DNA of 64,000 nucleotides, taken from Marsupella aquatica. Taxonomy: Eukaryota; Plantae; Marchantiophyta. Location: positions 8,171,079 to 8,235,078 of the forward strand of contig OZ316898.1 in the NCBI GenBank assembly GCA_973895155.1, given 5' to 3'. The position numbers and the translations under genes are program-made. This document shows, one piece after another, positions 62,301 through 64,000 of the stretch. Under the pieces are notes generated by a model that saw only the letters and a program-made list of their open reading frames with translations, made no database searches and was not told where the DNA came from. The stretch's first letter is position 1. Each line of letters begins with the position of its first letter.

Positions 62301-64000
62301 GCGAGGGACAGGACGGGACGACGGGACGGGACGTGCGATTCCGTGGGAGGAACAGGCGATCGAGGCGAGGTGAGGTGACGGGAGGAGAGGAGAGGAGAGG
62401 AGAGGAGAGTAGAGGAGAGGGGAAAGGGGGAGGAGAGGATACGAGTCTTGTACGTGAGTCGGCTCGTTGCGTTGCTCGTTCATGAGAGCGCGAGCATTCG
62501 TCGATGTGATCCCGAAATCCCGAATGCATTTTGGATGCCGTGCACGGCTCGGACGGCGAGCTATCCGTCGGTCTGTCTGTCTGTCTGTCTGTCTTTCTGT
62601 CTACAGAAAGGCGGTGACTGGTTTCCATTTGGGTAGGAAACACATCGTGGACGGCTTCTTCGTCCTTCGCAGTCGCGATTGTCCTCTGTTCCGTTCTGTT
62701 CTGTTCTGTTTTGTTTGTGCAGCGGACGCCCCGGGACTCGGCAAGCAAGGAAGGAAGGCGGAGGCGAAGGCGAAGAAGGGGATCGATCCTTATTCTTGGA
62801 GAAGGAGCGACACTCGTACCACCGGAATGAAATAATGCAACAATGTTGGGCGACGAGAGATCGTGAACTGGTTTGACTTGGCTGAGGCTTCCGCTGTTGC
62901 TCACGCTTGTCAACGATGGGGAAGCAGCTGTGTGGCTGGAATTCCGACGACATGCGATCAACAATGAGGATGATGGGGATGTTTTGCCAATTTTCACGAA
63001 CATCGAGTCCGGGGAGCGGAGGAGCGAGTTGATGAGGGAACGAACGAATGGACGGAGGCTGTTTTCTTCGATCGTCGGGTTGCGAGGGCAGAGGCAATGC
63101 TAGTAATGGCCAGGCGAGAATGACGAGAGTGGTCGCGAGTGATTGAGTAGGTTGGTTCCGAATGCAATGCACGCCTGCATGCAAGCAAGCAAGCAATCCA
63201 GGGTGTGATCGATTTATTCAGGTTTGTTGAGTGATTGCGTGAGGACGGGGCGGCTTTGGGAGGACGCCTGGGCTTGGGTTCGCGTTTACTTCGCTTGGAT
63301 TTTATTCGGGCCACGGGGATAATGTCTCCGTAAATTCGGTACCGGATCGAGCGTTGGTCCTGCCGTACGAATGTTTACCTTTCTAATATCGTTGCCTCTC
63401 CTGGCAATCAGCGACGACGTTCGGATCGGAACTCGTGGCTGTGGTGGGGAGCCATGCGGTGTTGTTGGAAAGATCACTTCCCGGCCGAATGCAATTCCGT
63501 CATAGCAAATCTTCTTCCTGCTAGTCGTTCTAGTTTTAATCTTGGTTGTGGAAAGGACCGGCGTAGGAATAATAGTAGGTGCGTCGACGAGATTTGTAAT
63601 CCACAGTTACGGTATCTCTCTCCGTCTCGGGCTGGTTCCAAGGCGTCGAAGACCACATGACGATGGATATGATGAATGTTGGAAGTATTGACTTGTTACA
63701 CTGACGGACAACCCGGGAACGAGGTGATCTCCGGGTGGAAACAGGCGACTCGGGTGTGGATCTCCTCGCAGCAGGAAGAAAGCATAGCTAGAGAGAGAGG
63801 TAGATAAATGGCGACGGTCCAGGAGGGTGAGGAGGGAATGCTATCAATGTAGGGGTTCCATTATAAGGAGGAAGGCAAGACGTTTGCCCTGCTTTTATTA
63901 TTTGGTGAAACGTTTTCGCTTAATTCAAGGCGTCGGCAAGTTGAATGCGGAGGTAACACGAGATGGCATTTGCGGCGTCCCCCCACAAAAATGGGAGTGG
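62300..64000 (+). other. Probable multi-intron 5' leader of a gene whose CDS is not identifiable in the window
   Basis: CpG-rich region with a GA-rich start (62381-62440), donors AC|GTGAGT (~62454) and GG|GTAGGA (~62633), and pyrimidine-tract acceptors TCTACAG (62606), TGTGCAG (62722) and TTCAG (~63220). Only short ORFs are present. Confidence 0.5.
62381..62712. repeat. Microsatellites (GGAGA)n, (TCTG)n, (GTTCT)n
   Basis: Visible at ~62381-62420, ~62571-62603 and ~62686-62712. Confidence 0.85.

Noticed and set aside
62158-63196. 281-aa and 211-aa minus-strand ORFs
   Set aside because: They translate microsatellites (DRQT, PLLSS, EQNRT), start at non-ATG codons, and the splice signals point to the + strand.

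Overview
Eukaryotic nuclear DNA from a land plant. A non-seed, bryophyte-like lineage is my inference from gene content and intron style. No prokaryotic operon or CRISPR features are present. I can reconstruct seven spliced protein-coding genes by hand from GT-AG junctions: a probably plastid-targeted membrane protein of a cyanobacterial-type family (+, from 542), a stand-alone cytochrome b561 (+), an Oca1-like PFA-DSP phosphatase (-), an ARID-HMG protein (-), 60S RPL24 (-), GET4 (-) and PIG-L (+). There is also one tRNA-Arg(CCG) gene (-) and the multi-intron 5' leader of a + strand gene at the right edge. Intergenic DNA is rich in local tandem duplications, minisatellites, transposon remnants and one probable LINE fragment. 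Most ORFs in the supplied track are antisense shadows or intron read-through. I see no clear-cut novel biological system. The best leads are an unannotated spliced exon chain upstream of PIG-L, a ~78-bp tandem array whose units carry splice signals, a microhomology duplication of the tRNA 3' end, the Oca1-type phosphatase, and the cyanobacterial-family gene with a duplicated start-codon uORF.
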